DNA of 63,995 nt, filler included, from Ionaspis alba (taxonomy: Eukaryota): NCBI GenBank assembly GCA_964255285.1. It is 5 parts of 5 records of this genome, joined end to end, with 100 filler letters (N's around TTAATTAATTAA, not from the genome) between each part and the next. Parts side by side here need not be neighbours in the genome. Positions count along the whole stretch, not along the records: positions 13,356 to 26,542 come from CAXUUL010000471.1; positions 26,643 to 39,804 come from CAXUUL010000472.1; 3 more parts are not named here. One strand, given 5' to 3'. Below, one piece after another: positions 26,071-39,904 of the stretch. How positions within the stretch are numbered: the first letter of the stretch is position 1; every line of letters begins with the position of its first letter. The position numbers were made by a program, and so were the translations under genes. The notes under the pieces were generated by a model that saw nothing but the letters and a program-made list of their open reading frames with translations, was not told the DNA's origin and did no database searches.

Positions 26071-26166
26071 TGTTAAGATGGCAGGAAGGAAACCACCCAA
26101 GAGCATAGGACGAGAGAAAATGACAGGTTAAATTGTTTAAGGGTATCTTGATCATGTACAAAATCA

Positions 26167-26542
26167 CTAACTGCCTGCTCCTACATCGCCCAGCTGCTCG
26201 GCCGCAATCTCCCCAGACCCAACTTTATGCTTTCTCTTCCTCTTCCTCTTTTGGCTCATAAAATCCTGGGCACCGTGGCCTCCAGCCTCATCCATACCTC
26301 CGACTTTTAAACCCTCATTATTTCCATTTCTCTCCCTCCTCGTAACCTCCGCTCCACCATCTCCCTTCTCGACCTTCTTCGCCTTCTTAACACTGAGGGG
26401 ATTCGGTTCCTTCGGACCCCTAACCTTCCTCTTCTTCTTCTCTCGATCCTCGTTATTCTCTCCTTTTCCTCCTTCCCCTCCCACCCTATCCTCACCATCC
26501 TCCCTCTTCCTCTTCTCCCCTGCCAAACCCCTCGCCCCTACC
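26167..26542 (-). CDS. UTP23: 3' part of rRNA-processing protein UTP23
   Basis: KKKRKVRGPKEPNPLSVKKAKK and KRKRKRKHK match the Utp23 C-terminal tail. The 5' part is lost at the scaffold end. Confidence 0.85.
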
Positions 26543-26642
26543 NNNNNNNNNNNNNNNNNNNNNNNNNNNNNNNNNNNNNNNNNNNNTTAATTAATTAANN
26601 NNNNNNNNNNNNNNNNNNNNNNNNNNNNNNNNNNNNNNNNNN
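26543..26642. other. Artificial scaffold linker N44-TTAATTAATTAA-N44
   Basis: Same structure as 13256-13355. Confidence 0.98.
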
Positions 26643-26868
26643 TCAAGCTCCTGGGAAGCACGTTAAGGGGAAATTCATCGGCCGGAAATTCTTCCCCCCC
26701 TGCCGCCGTCCGCAAATGCTTGGCGCGATGGACCGTGCCTGATCCCTGCTTCGTCTATCGATAAAATTCTCAGGGCTTGGATGTTATTTACCACAAGCAG
26801 GTACACCATTTACTGAGCTTGCGCATGCTACGGAGTCAACATGGTGATTACAATCCTGCGTTAAAGTC

Positions 26869-29748
26869 ATGAAGACCGATTTTCAGGTATGATACCCTTG
26901 TTCCATCATCACTTTTCGTTCCCAGGCTTACTCTGACCAGTTTTCCAATCTCTTAGGAACTGTCTATTGCAGCGGAAATCTAACTTTCACCCCCGATGGC
27001 ACCTGTCTGCTTTCTCCTGTCGGCAACCGAGTCACAGTCTTTGATCTCATCAAGTACGAGATCGAAATCATTGGTTTCGGACGACTGCTTACATTTTTAG
27101 CAATAAGTCCTACACACTCCCATTTGCGCATCGCAGAAATATAGCACGAATCGCCCTGTCTCCACGCGGGAATCTACTTCTATCCATTGACGATGACGGC
27201 CATGCAATCTTGGCCCATTTCCCTCGTCGAATCGCTCTTCACCACTTTACGTTCAAGGGCTCTGTCTCCGCGCTGAAGTTCTCTCCTTCCGGTCGATATA
27301 TTGCTGTGGGCCTGGGACGAGCTGTTGAAGTATGGCATACGCCCTCGACTCCGGACTCCAGTGAAGAAGGCGAACTCGAGTTTGCGCCTTTCCACAAACA
27401 CCGCGCATACGTGGGACATCATGACACTGTGCAAAGCGTGGAATGGTCAAGCGACTCTCGGTTCTTTCTCAGTGCTGCAAAAGACCTGACAGCTAGGATA
27501 TGGAGTCTGATTCCCGAGGAGGGTTTTATTCCCACAACTCTGGCTGGCCACCGAGAAACTGTTCTAGGCGCATGGTTTTCTCGAGATCAAGAGCTGGTAT
27601 GATGTTATGGAGAGTTGGAGTCATCGAAAGCAAGACTGACACGGCTCCTAGATCTATACGGTGAGTCGGGATGGAGCTCTCTTCCGATGGTCCTACACCA
27701 GAAAAGCTAGTGGGTCCAACAAAGAGCTCGAAGATGGATCGTACGATGACTCGACTCGGTGGCGGATAGTAGAACGACACTACTTCCTGCAAAACAATGC
27801 TAAAGTCAATTGCGCTACTTATCATGCGTCTACGAATCTTCTTGTGGTAGGATTCTCGAATGGTATATTTGGCCTATACGATTTGCCTGATTTCAACATG
27901 ATTCATACTTTGAGGTACACCTCTCTCACGAAGATAGCGTGACCACCACTGATGTCTTATCGCAGCATATCTCAAAATGATATTGATCATGTATCTATCA
28001 ACGAAAGTGGCGAATGGCTGGCATTTGGCGCATCAAAATTGGGCCAGCTCTTAGTCTGGGAATGGCAATCAGAATCGTACATATTAAAACAGCAAGGTCA
28101 TTTCGACTCTACAAATTCTCTAGTATACTCCCCTGATGGCCAACAAATTATTACAACAGCGGACGATGGTAAGATCAAGATTTGGGACGTACGATCTGGC
28201 TTCTGTATTGTCACATTTACCGAACATTCCAGCGCAGTAACTGCCTGTGAATTCTCGAAGAAAGGCAAGGTTCTTTTCACTTCGAGCTTGGATGGATCAG
28301 TGCGGGCGTGGGATCTAATACGATATCGGAACTTCAGGACCTTCACGGCTCCAACACGATTAGCCTTTTCTTCCCTTGCCGTCGACCCAAGCGGCGAAGT
28401 GGTATGTGCCGGCTCGCTGGACTCCTTCGACATACACATATGGTCTGTGCAGACGGGCCAGCTGCTTGATCAATTGGCAGGACATGAAGGTCCCGTGGCT
28501 GCCTTAGCGTTCGCCCCGAACGGAGGAGCGATCGTCAGTGGAAGCTGGGATCACACTGTACGAATATGGAATATATTTGCACGGACTCAGACGAGCGAGC
28601 CATTACAGCTACAAGCAGATGTCCTCGACCTTGCCATACGACCTGACTCTAAGCAAGTAGCCGTCTCTACACTTGATGGCCAGTTGAGTTTCTGGTCGAT
28701 TGCTGAAGCCAGTCAAGAAGCTGGCGTGGATGGCCGGCGTGACATTTCTGGCGGACGAAAACTTACGGATCGGCGGACCGCAGCTAACGCAACAGGCTCA
28801 AAAGCTTTCAACTCAATAGCCTACAGTGTGGATGGATCTTGTGTGCTCGCAGGCGGAAACAGCAAATATATCTGTCTCTACGATGTCCAGTCCGGGACAT
28901 TACTCAAGAAATTTACCATCTCGGTCAACCTTGCACTTGATGGTACACAAGAGTATCTAAATAGCAGGAACTTAACGGAAGCCGGCCCGGCCGGCCTAAT
29001 TGATACTCAGGGTGAAGCATCAGACCTAGAGGACCGCCTCGATCGAACATTACCTGGCGCCAGTCGTGGCGATCAATCTGTGCGGCGTACTCGGCCACAG
29101 ATCCGGGTCTCGGGCGTGGCTTTCTCTCCTACAGCAAGAGCTTTCTGTGCTGCCTCCACGGAAGGCTTGCTGGTTTACTCTCTCGATAGAGTCTTGCAGT
29201 TCGACCCCTTCGATCTCGATATTTCCATTACTCCATCAAGTACATTAGAAACATTAGCAGAGCAGGACTATCTCCGCGCATTGGTTATGGCCTTCCGCCT
29301 GAACGAACGTCCTTTAATTCGCCATGTGTATGAGGGTATACCCATGTCTGACATCACCCTGGTCGTCAAAAATCTGCCTACAGTGTATCTTGCGCGCCTA
29401 TTGAGATTCGTGGCTCAAGCCACCGAGGAGAGCCCTCACCTCGAATTCAATCTTCTTTGGATTGAAGCTCTACTTACTCAGCATGGACGGTATTTGAAGG
29501 ACAATACGGCGAGTTTTGCCGCTGAGCTGAGGACAGTACAGAAAGCCGTGACCAGGATCCAGTCGGACTTAGCGCGGATGGCTGATGATAATGTTTATGC
29601 TCTGGATTATTTACTTTCACAACCTGATTCGCAGGCTGAGAAAAGTGATAGAGACGGAGTGAAGGTGATCACAAATGGCGCTGGCGACTTGATGCATACC
29701 ACAGCAGGAGACACAGATATGGAAGATGAATGGATAGGTTTAGACTAG
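26869..29748 (+). CDS. PWP2: Periodic tryptophan protein 2 (WD40, SSU processome UTP1)
   Basis: Exons 26869-26886, 26941-27053, 27101-27596, 27652-27914, 27966-29748. MKTDFQFSNLLGTVY start, LGQLLVWEWQSESYILKQQGH, RAWDLIRYRNFRTF, FDPFDLD. Confidence 0.97.
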
Positions 29749-29925
29749 AGAGCGTCGAGTGCTTTGACATCATGGCAGGGAAAAAGTCACTCAAGTTTTG
29801 TCAAGCCCTTAGCGATCGTGTACAACGGATTGAAGGGTGCGAAGCACATTATTGAACCGTCATAGCTCCGTAACCAGTACTATGGTATTTGTTTGTGTCT
29901 CCAAAGTTACAGCACGCTTCGGGGG

Positions 29926-31527
29926 CTATCTCTCGTCACCGTCTCCGTCCACTCTAGCCCGTTTCGAAGCCCTCTCTTCCGGTTCCTGGACCCCGTATCG
30001 CTTCGCTCCATTTCCACCAGCACCACCGGTAGCCTCCCTAATCATTTCATCAATATTAAATGGATCCTTCGTATCCCGCTCAAACTGCACCGGCCCCTCT
30101 CGCGCCTATCAACACCAATCCATTAGCATTGCGAAACCCAGAGCATTTCAAAATGAACTCACCTCAGCTTCCGCCGCCCCCTTAAACCCCTTCGCCACCT
30201 TCCCCAGCACCTCAAATCGATTCCCCTTCTGAATCCTATCCATCTCCGCACCTCCATCTCCCTCATCCACATCCTCCTCCATATTCGCCCTTGGCCGATA
30301 TATACTGTTGATAGCATCCTGCGCCGCAAACAACGGCTTATCGTAAGCCTGATCCTCATTGAACCCGGTATCGAATCCACTCGTCTGGTTGAACAACCGC
30401 GAATCAAACATGCCCTCTGCCGACTGCGTCGGTTTCGCTAACCCCAGCGCCACTTTCTCCGAAATATCGCGGTTCTGCTCCCGAGCTAGCATCTGAATCC
30501 GCCTCTCCGTGCCCATGCGTGATTGCCGCAGCTGCTTCTCGTGCTCACGCCGCCTCTCCTGCCGCATGCGTTCCCTCTCCCGCGCTGCTTCTTCGTCTTC
30601 GCTCGAGGAGGCGTCACTGGCTGATGAGGCCGAGCGACTCCGACTACCACTGTACGACCTCGCTCTCGAAGGACGACGACCAGCGCCCGAGCGCTCTTCT
30701 CGTGCTTTCTGAGCCAACATCCGCAGATGGTCTTCCTTCTGCGCCTTCTCCTTCTCGGCGAGCTTCTGCTGCATAAGGGCGCGCTGTTTCACCTCCTCAC
30801 GGGCATGTCGGTCGGCTGTGAAGAGTGCTTCCGCGAATTGGGCGAATTTGTCGTTGATGGTGACGTCCTGGAGGCCGCGGCCATCGGCAGCGAGGCGCTT
30901 GTCAAGGGGAACGGTGTAACCTTTGGGGTTCTTCCAATTCGAGACGGGGGGCGGGATCTTCCAGGCTTCTTGGTCTTCGGCGGTGAGTTTGCGAGGGGGC
31001 GAGTGCATGACTGGTGGAGGAGGGGACGGCGGACCACGGGGGATCTTTTTGTGCTTAAATTTGGGAGGCTCCATGGGATCGACCTGGCGCTCGACGATTT
31101 TCATGATCCGGTCATTCTTTCTTGTTGTGTCGCCCATTTGGTTGGCGGGTGTGTAGCGGACGTAAGTGGGGTCATTGCGCGTTGTGCCCTTCACGTTCTT
31201 GGGTTTCTGAGCGGCCACCGCACCCGATACAAGGGTGGCCAGAGCATTTTTTGTCCTCTCTGTAGACGCTGCTACTTCTTCTTCTGAAGGTCTGTCGAGT
31301 GAAATGTCCCCGACCCCCGCTCGTTGTCGAAGAGGGATTAAGTCCTTGAAGGAGGCGTGTATTATACGAGAGTCACTGTGTCCTCGTCTCGCTATGGCAT
31401 CGTATTTGACTTTCCCTTGATCGTCCACCTGAATTGCTAGTGCATTCGATGTAGACGGTCGCTGGTGTATGGTACTTGTGCGATTTGTGAGGCTCGAAGC
31501 TGGAACAAGAGATGTTGATGGGCCCAT
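29926..31527 (-). CDS. PRP45: Pre-mRNA splicing factor PRP45/SKIP (SNW domain); 5' end probably lost in gap
   Basis: DPMEPPKFKHKKIPRGPPSPPPPVMHSPPRK...WKIPPPVSNWKNPKGYTVPLDKRLAADGRGL. Intron 30106-30162. Last exon AREGPVQFE...ER*. Confidence 0.95.
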
Positions 31528-31792
31528 GGCAGANNNNNNNNNNNNNNNNNNNNNNNNNNNNNNNNNNNNNNNNNNNNNNNNNNNNNNNNNNNNNNNNNNN
31601 NNNNNNNNNNNNNNNNNNNNNNNNNNNNNNNNNTGCGCTCATATTGGCATCCACGCAAATGATCTCGTTGTTACAAGCTTCAAAATGATTCTGACTAAAC
31701 TGATGGTCCTCATCGTCCATAGCCCTATCTCCTGACGCACAGTTCCGTTACACTGTTTGGCATATGACTCAAACCTACTACTAATAAATTAA

Positions 31793-33614
31793 TTAACCTC
31801 GCCATCCTCCCCTCCCTCTTCCCACGCCACCGTACTGCTGTCCACCACGTTGACCGTAGAATGAGGTCCCTTGGTGTCCTCCTCGCCCGTGATTCAACCA
31901 AGTCCCTTGGTTTGAAGTGGAATCGGGTGGAGGCGAGATTCCAAAAGATACTCCCCCGTGATTTTGCATCAATCCAGAGCGTGAAGTAGGGTAAATTTGG
32001 TGTTGACCAGGGAGTTGCAGAGGCGCAGGAGGAGGAATGAACTGGCCGGGAGGTGGAATAGGGGTGCCATTTAGACCAAGAGGTGGTGGAGGTGGCGGCC
32101 AAGGTCCTGTGTAGTTAGGTGGAGGAGGTGGTGGAATCGGCAGACCGTCCGGACCAAGAGGAACCCCATGAGGAAATGGGTTTGGAAAGGGCAAAGGAGG
32201 AGACCCGCTTTGGAACTGATGTTGGTTCTGAAGCGGAGGCGGGGGTAACTGCTGCTGAGGTGGAAATCGCTGAGGTGGCGAGTACGACCTAGATCGTGAA
32301 TGGCCGTCGGGCGACCGAGATCGTACGCTTGACCGGCTTCTTGACCGTGTGCGATTGAATTTCGGCGGTCTTTCGGGTGAGCGCCTTCGGTAAGACGTAT
32401 CACGCGACCGTGATCCGGAACGACTCCTCGTCCGAGTGCTCTGCGACGAGCTATATCTCCTTCGCTTCCGCGGACTTCGACTGCTTTCCGAGCTTCCGCT
32501 TCGTCCACGCAACCTAGTCATATCTGGCCTTCCGTATTTCTTCCTCTTCATGTTCTCGCAGAATGCCTTTGACCATCCATAGTAGCTTCCCACCTCCGCG
32601 GTCTCTCCGGTTGCCTCGTCCCGGTATATCGACTGTCCGAACTCGTCGATGTCTACCAACATGACCTCATCCGCACTGGTTCTATTTCCGTACAGAGAGT
32701 CCACGCTCTTCAAAAAGTCTTTCAAAGCATGGACCAGACTTGCATCAGCAGGGCCTGGTGTGAATTGAAGTGGCTTCACGAACTGGGGATTGATCGGGTC
32801 TGGTAGATTCGGTATGATCTGGGACATTATATTTCCAGCTGGGAGATCATAGTATGGAGCGGAGGGATCACCATGAGATGCTGGCATCATGAATGGGGCT
32901 TCTGCTTTGTCCCTCTTCTCATCTTCAGAAATATGATTGCTGCCGTTGACGCCCTGAAACCCTTTCCCGCCTGTCGATCTATTCCTTCCTGCCCCTTTCA
33001 ACTCATTGTGAAGATTGTGTGTAAAAGACGCCGGATAATAGTCCTGCTTTTCCCAAATCTCAAGTAGCTCGTTCACTCGTCGATGCTGCTTGATGTAGCA
33101 GCTGGGATCATATCCAGCCGCAGCTCGAAATAGATCAATGAGGAAAGGTTCCAGTGGCTTCGACACATCTAGGTGAAGTGAGGAAGTTTTGCTGTGGTAT
33201 TTGGTCTGGTGTAGCAGATCATTCATGAGGTACAGGATGTGTAATTGTTTCCGGCGTATCTGCGTCTCGCCGAGCTTGCCATCATCACTTTTCTCTTGAA
33301 TCCCAGTCTTCGCCATCGATGTTGACAGAGCGACCAAGTATTTCCCGAGTGCTGCAACCTTGGCTGCAGACGAAACAACATTCATTAAAAGCCATGTCTT
33401 GCAGCCCTGTTCTCGTCCGCCGATTTAGTCAAATCGTCGTTTTGAGAGGAGTTTGCCTTCAAACCTGTATGTTCTTCGGTGAACACTGAGTAAGTGCAGC
33501 CTCGAGTAAAGTGTGAAAATGGGCGATATCATTTCGTGGCACTGATGAAGGGTCAGGTCTCATCAAGCTAGCAGATAGCGAAGCCTTCGCTATTGCTAGC
33601 GAGTGAGACGCCAT
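31793..33614 (-). CDS. CID (RNA pol II CTD-interacting)-like domain protein with RS-, Pro- and RGG-rich tail
   Basis: Exons 33614-33465 and 33406-31793. RRKQLHILYLMNDLLH...LLEIWEKQDYY fits a CID helical domain, followed by SR, polyproline and RGG tracts. Confidence 0.82.
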
Positions 33615-34233
33615 TGGTAACGTCCAGCCTGATACTCCGTGGACCTGAGCTGGTATATCGGACGTTTTCGATGCTTCAAGTGGAAGTGGGAAAGAGTGTC
33701 GAGATAATCGTGTAGGTAGTGGAGCGTCTGATAGGTAGGGGATCTAAAGCACGTAGGGTTTAGCGTACTTTGTCGAATTACTTCTCGAGTAGCGGAGCAT
33801 TCACTGGCAGTCATATTCAAGTACACTAATAAGCTAAGCATGAAAGTTAGAGAGCTACAATCATTTCTACAACCACAACTACTCTTGGCCCAATTTCTCT
33901 CTTTGGGAGTAAAGCTTTGAATAAGTATTGGACAAAACTATCACACATGAGGAACGTCGAAACTTCATATGGTAGAACTCCAGTCACATATCCTCCCGGC
34001 ATTCATCCATCCGCCACTTTTCCATTACTGATTTGCCTAATCTGCAGACGTGCTTCCTGGACATTGTCCATCAACACTGAAACAGTTCGCAAAGCTGATA
34101 GTCCTTGCTTAACTGTTGTGCATCCCGGCTTCTTACCACCCAGATTCAACGCCTAAGGTGTCGAGCAGAGTAGCGTTGTAGACGAAGAGTAGCACAATGA
34201 TTTTAGTCGGAACACCTTGCTCTTGGTGCACGA

Positions 34234-34755
34234 CTAGCTGAATCTGTCCCCTTTCTTCGTTCGATATGGTTCACTTGGCTCATATTTGCTCTTCTCTTTC
34301 GGATTCGATCTTCCATTGGCTAGCGGAGGTGGATGATTCGTAGGTGCTGGGTCGTGACTGGCTTCCCCAGCTTCTCCACTAGGGCTGCCGGCGTGGTCTG
34401 ATAACTTCGGATGATCTCTTTTGTGGGAGGTCTGCGCGCTGGAGTTGTACTCGAGAGACTCCGTCAGCCTTCGCCGTCTCATATCCGCTTCATGCCTGGA
34501 CTTCTTGTCCGCATTGATCGATCGTTTCGCAAAGTAGTAGGACCCTCCGCCGGCTACAGATGTAAGCAATGCTGCAAGCCGTGGTTTGACAAAGATACGC
34601 TTACCGACAATGAGAAAGCCCCAGCCATACCTGTCGAGCTGTCACTAAATGCCCATAGAATTTTAATCTGCGCGATAGGAGGGTACCATGTGGAACGAAT
34701 CTGCAAGAGTTAGCGCTAGCGCCACTCGCTGTCTCAAGTATCATACAGTGTTCAT
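34234..34755 (-). CDS. Small membrane protein, DUF4748-like
   Basis: Exons 34755-34747, 34700-34687, 34630-34605, 34553-34234 splice in frame to MNTIRSTWYGWGFLIVAGGGSYYFAKRSINAD...KSKYEPSEPYRTKKGDRFS. Confidence 0.82.
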
Positions 34756-35107
34756 GCTACATGGAGCGAATCCACGACTGGTGTCTACTCTGGTGAAGTT
34801 GATTTTAGGAAGTTCACTGGTGAAGGATGAAGAGAGGAGCTTCGGCTATTCTTTCGGGAGCGAATGCGGCAATTCTTGGCATAATGAGTCACGGGAGAGT
34901 CATCATTTCCCACATCTCCCACGACCTTTCCAACTTCGAGGATCGTCTATCACTCTAGAGGGCTTTTGTTTCTGGAGGCTTCGTGATGGTAAAGAACCAC
35001 AACGCGCAAAGCTCGCCTGGCTAGAACCAATATGTCGGTTTGAACACGGTAGAGACGCTTCGGCAGCCCTGTGGGCTTCGACAGCTCATTCGTGAGAAAC
35101 TGTGAGG

Positions 35108-37681
35108 ATGCCGCCCAAACGGAAAGCGTCCGCCACCGGATCTGCCAGCAGAACTCCCAAAAGAATTGCTTCAGGTGCTGCGACTCCTCAGAGTATCGGT
35201 AGCAGTGATGAGTACTCTCTCGATGGAGAAGAAGCCAGTGAAACGGAGACCGAGAACATCAGTAAAGCTATCAATGCCTTTTCCACGGACTCTTCAAAGA
35301 GTCGGAACAAGGCTCAGAACTATACATCTGATCGTGATATCAAGGTCAACGGGATCACTGACCTCTCATATCTGGACTTAAAACCAGATCATGCCAACCG
35401 TCCCTTATGGATTGATGCTAAGAAAGGACGAATCATTCTTGAGAGCTTTTCACCTCTTGCTGCCTATGCCCAAGATTTCTTGACTACCATCGCAGAGCCT
35501 CTCTCGCGCCCCAATCTCCTCCATGAATATGCATTGACGGTTCATAGTCTCTACGCTGCGGTATCGGTCGGCTTGTCTCCCCAAGAAATCATTCGAGTTC
35601 TTAGTACTCTTCTGAAAACTCCCCTACCCGTCGAAGTCAAGGAGTCTATTTTGAGGAACACTCAAGCCTTTGGGAGAGTCAAACTAGTCCTGAAGCACAA
35701 TCGCTACTTTCTCGAGACTTCTGATGCTAAGGTATTACAAAGATTGATGAAGGACGAAGTCATTGCATCGGAACGGGTAAATAGAGATGAGGGTATCATT
35801 ACAGAAGAAGCTCCGAAATTAGGAGAGGTCGTCATACCAGGTACAAAGGAAGCTGCAGGTGTCAGACAACAGCCTGGCCAAGAGGAAGAAACTCCAATCA
35901 AATCCGCTGAGGATGATGGAGACAAGGGTCTAAAGGAAGACGACATCCTTCAAGCGCTCAGAGCTGAAGATGATGAGGAGGAAGACCAGAAGCTCATCCA
36001 TTCGATCGAGATCCCTGCGGATGGAGTAGAAGCTGTACAGAAGAGATGCCTAGGGCTAGGATATCCGGTCTTAGAGGAATATGAGTTCAAGAATGACCAA
36101 AGAAATGCCAATCTCGAAATTGATCTGAAACCATCCACTCAGATCAGGGATTACCAGGAAAAGGCTCTGAGCAAAATGTTCAGCAACAGTAGAGCGCGAA
36201 GTGGCATCATCGTCCTGCCTTGTGGTGCTGGCAAGACTCTTGTGGGTATTGCTGCTGCATGCACAATCAGGAAAGGAGTGGTGATCTTATGCACAAGCTC
36301 GATGTCGGTAGTCCAATGGAGGAACGAATTTTTGAAGTGGTCTAATATCAGTCCCAACGATATTGCCATTTTCACATCGGACAACAAGGAGAAATTCTCC
36401 AGGAATACGGGAATCATTGTGTCGACATATTCAATGGTGACGCAGACTCGTTCAAGGTCTTACGATGCTCAGAAGATGATGGACTTTATGCAGTCTCGCG
36501 AGTGGGGCTTGATGATACTGGACGAAGTTCACGTCGTTCCCGCGTCTATTTTCAGAAAAGTCACGCATTCGATTGCCACTCATTCCAAGCTTGGGCTCAC
36601 AGCAACACTGCTCCGAGAAGACGACAAGATTACCGATCTCAATTTCCTCATTGGACCGAAACTCTACGAGGCCAATTGGATGGAATTAGCAGATCAAGGA
36701 CATATAGCCAAAGTCCAATGTGCTGAAGTATGGTGTCCGATGACAACGGAATTTTATCAGGAATATCTTCGAGAATCATCGAGGAAGCGAGCACTCCTCT
36801 ACATCATGAACCCGAGGAAATTTCAAGCATGTCAATTCCTGATCGACTATCACGAGAAACGCGGCGACAAGGTCATTGTGTTTTCTGACAATGTGTATGC
36901 CCTGGAGAAATATGCTTTGAAACTGAGCAAGGCCTATATTTTTGGTGGAACCCCTCAAAACGAGCGGCTACGTATTTTGGAAAATTTCCAGCACAACGAG
37001 CAGGTCAATACGATCTTTCTCTCGAAGATCGGCGACACCTCTCTAGATTTACCAGAAGCCACTTGCCTGATACAGATATCCTCACACTATGGTTCCCGCC
37101 GACAGGAAGCCCAAAGACTTGGACGAATCCTCCGGGCCAAGCGGAGAAACGACGAGGGCTTCAACGCCTTCTTCTACTCCTTGGTCTCGAAGGATACACA
37201 GGAGATGTACTACTCCTCAAAGCGACAAGCCTTCCTTGTTGATCAGGGCTACGCCTTCAAAGTGATTACGCATCTACAAGGGATCGAAAACCTCCCTGGA
37301 CTTGCTTACGCCTCTCCCGCAGAACGACGTGAGCTTCTTCAAGGCGTCATGTTGCAGAACGAGACCTCTGCCGATGTGGAGAAAATTGATGACGATCTCT
37401 TCGGAGCTCGGTCAGGTGGACCAAGTGGAAAGAGTGGCATGGGCAGGAAAGGAGCCAAACGCACCGCCGGCATGTTGAGCGATCTGAGCGGTGGTCAGGA
37501 CATGGTGTGTAGTCTCCTCCTTGAGTGTGGTTGAGAATCGACTAATGATGCTGTAATATAGGCCTACATTGAATATAACAAGAGCAGAAATAAGGAGCTA
37601 AAGAGCAAGCATAATCCGCTCTTCAAGAAAATGGCTCGGGAGCAGCAGAAGCGGAAGGCACAACGGGCGGATTTATCATGA
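35108..37681 (+). CDS. SSL2: TFIIH DNA translocase XPB (Ssl2/Rad25)
   Basis: [48 protein letters not shown] motifs. Intron 37505-37561. Last exon ends at TGA 37679-37681. Confidence 0.98.
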
Positions 37682-38189
37682 TGACTTTTGTGTTACGGGA
37701 CAACATGGGTTCTTGGGTTGCATTGGGCGTAGTGCTGGCATAGCGACGGTGTTCCTCAAAGATCCTTTCAGCATCACGTACTTTGAGGAGGCGACATCCG
37801 GGTTTCTGGGGTGCTTTGATGCAGATCCTAGGCTAGAAAGCTGCTATGATAAGCGGGAGCTATATAGACAACAAATCCTGGCTGCAACCATATTCCACAA
37901 TGTGCATCTAGACTCAACTGCATCCCCCTTCGCCGTAAGTTTCAAGCTTGGGGAGTTTCCATGCTTAGTTCCCGTGCTTTGGCTGCTTTGTCAGACAAGT
38001 CGTTCCGCCACCTTCTCCACCTTTTGCGCATGTCAGCAGGTCTTCCTTCCGACGATCCAATTATGTAAGGCTAGTGGTCTAGAAGCCTGNNNNNNNNNNN
38101 NNNNNNNNNNNNNNNNNNNNNNNNNNNNNNNNNNNNNNNNNNNNNNNNNNNNNNNNNNNNNNNNNNNNNNNNNNNNNNNNNNNNNNNNN

Positions 38190-39804
38190 AAGGCATCAGA
38201 GTTGTTGCAGGAGAATCATGAGAAACATCATATCTTCTTCAACCAAGATCAATTCCATAGTAAGGCTCGTCGTCGACTCGCCATGACCAGGTTCTGTTGT
38301 ATTATCATAATTTGGGGTTTCCTCATTACATGCTTATCTTCTAAATAAAGATGCGAATACATGATCCAGTTCAGAATCGTTGCTAAATGCCTGATACAGA
38401 TCACATCGTCCATCACATCCTGACCATCTTCGCCCTTGGTGCTTCTCCGCAGGTTCTCCAGGAGCAGTACGATCGAAATGCATCTTACCAGCGGCCTCCA
38501 GTGCCTCTTGATGACAATATCGTGAATGACCTTAGTGATCCCGCCAAGTATAGAAAATATCTCGGAGATGAGAGGTACTACCGTGACTATCTTCTGTTCT
38601 TCCAGAAAGAAATGGAGAAGAAGGGTTATGAAGAGGTAATCAATGAGTATGTACTCAAGGGGGACGACCGAGCAGATGACTTGTTGGGAAGGATGTATGC
38701 CGGTAAGACCTTTCGTTCCTCAAAACTAGTATAACTGCCTGACTTGCCTGACTGAAGGCTTCCTACACCCTATAATTCATCTCGGTTTCGGGGTCGAGTT
38801 CAAGCAGCCAGCTATCATCGCAGAAGCCTTGGCTCAAGCTGCGGTTCATTCTGATTGGATTGCGGTACTCTTTACAGCATCGGAGGCTGCTGCCAAGAGA
38901 AGCAATGAGAAGGCTTCGAGAAGCATGGTGGAACTGCTTGACGACATTCGTGCTGATGAGAAACTGAGTAACGCCGCCCATTGGAGCGATGGTAACAAGA
39001 TTCGTGATGGCGTTATGGCTCGAGCCAAAGACGAGATGGTTCACTATGCAAGTCAGTGGACAGTGAAAGCTGAAGAATTGAAAGAGAAGACTGCGGAGAT
39101 GACGAATGCTGCCAGTAAGTCAAGTGTACAACATTTGTGGATATGAGGATGGCGGAGATTGACTCATGATAGTATATTTTACCGGCGGTGCCCAGCATCC
39201 TCCCAAGCAAATCAAATTCGACTTCTACTACATGCACTGCGTCAACTGCACAATCTTTTTTTCTGCTTTCCTGAATCAGCCCTGGATCAGCACAGCCAAT
39301 AAGGTTCGGCTTCTAGAGTGGAAAGGCAGACTCGATCTATGCATGTATGCATCGCGCAGATCTCCGAAGCCTCTTCTCGACGTGATCACAAATTATCAGC
39401 CCAAGGAGAAAACCCCGAAAGAGGGTGATGCGTGGAATGCCTTGTTTGACAGAGTCAAGCAACACCCCGATGATGGACATGCCGCAAAGCTCTTGAGAGC
39501 ATTGGCACATGGCCAGCAGGTTTCCAAACCATATGAGGAGAATTCGAAGTTCCGCATCAAGAAGGATATGTGGTTGCAGCTGGGCAATATGGGTAAGTCT
39601 GGACCCTGTGGTATTGCGTGTGGCACATTTGACAATTGTCGTAGCTATTGATTCCGTGGAGGATAGTGGAGCTACTTGGGTTCGGTCCGCAGGGTTTGAT
39701 GAAGCTTGGACTGAGTAAGTGCACATGTAACGTCCTCTTTGCACAGTCTGCTGAGACACCATAACTTGTATAGGTACGAAGATCGTCCTAGGGCACAGCT
39801 TTGA
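38190..39804 (+). CDS. HypA/AflY/questin-oxidase-like oxidoreductase (DUF4243); start hidden in or before the gap
   Basis: Exons 38190-38259, 38400-38702, 38758-39114, 39173-39592, 39645-39714, 39774-39804. Motifs HHIFFN...FHNHIVHH, GFLHPIIHLGFGVEF, KFDFYYMHCVN, DDGHAAKLLRAL, WVRSAGFDEAW. Ends ...RAQL*. Confidence 0.9.
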
Positions 39805-39904
39805 NNNNNNNNNNNNNNNNNNNNNNNNNNNNNNNNNNNNNNNNNNNNTTAATTAATTAANNNNNNNNNNNNNNNNNNNNNNNNNNNNNNNNNNNNNNNN
39901 NNNN
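39805..39904. other. Artificial scaffold linker N44-TTAATTAATTAA-N44
   Basis: Same structure as the other linkers. Confidence 0.98.

Noticed and set aside
26869..37681. PWP2-PRP45-CID-SSL2 as a functional RNA-processing cluster
   Set aside because: Ordinary dense housekeeping neighbourhood. No shared regulatory signal was seen.
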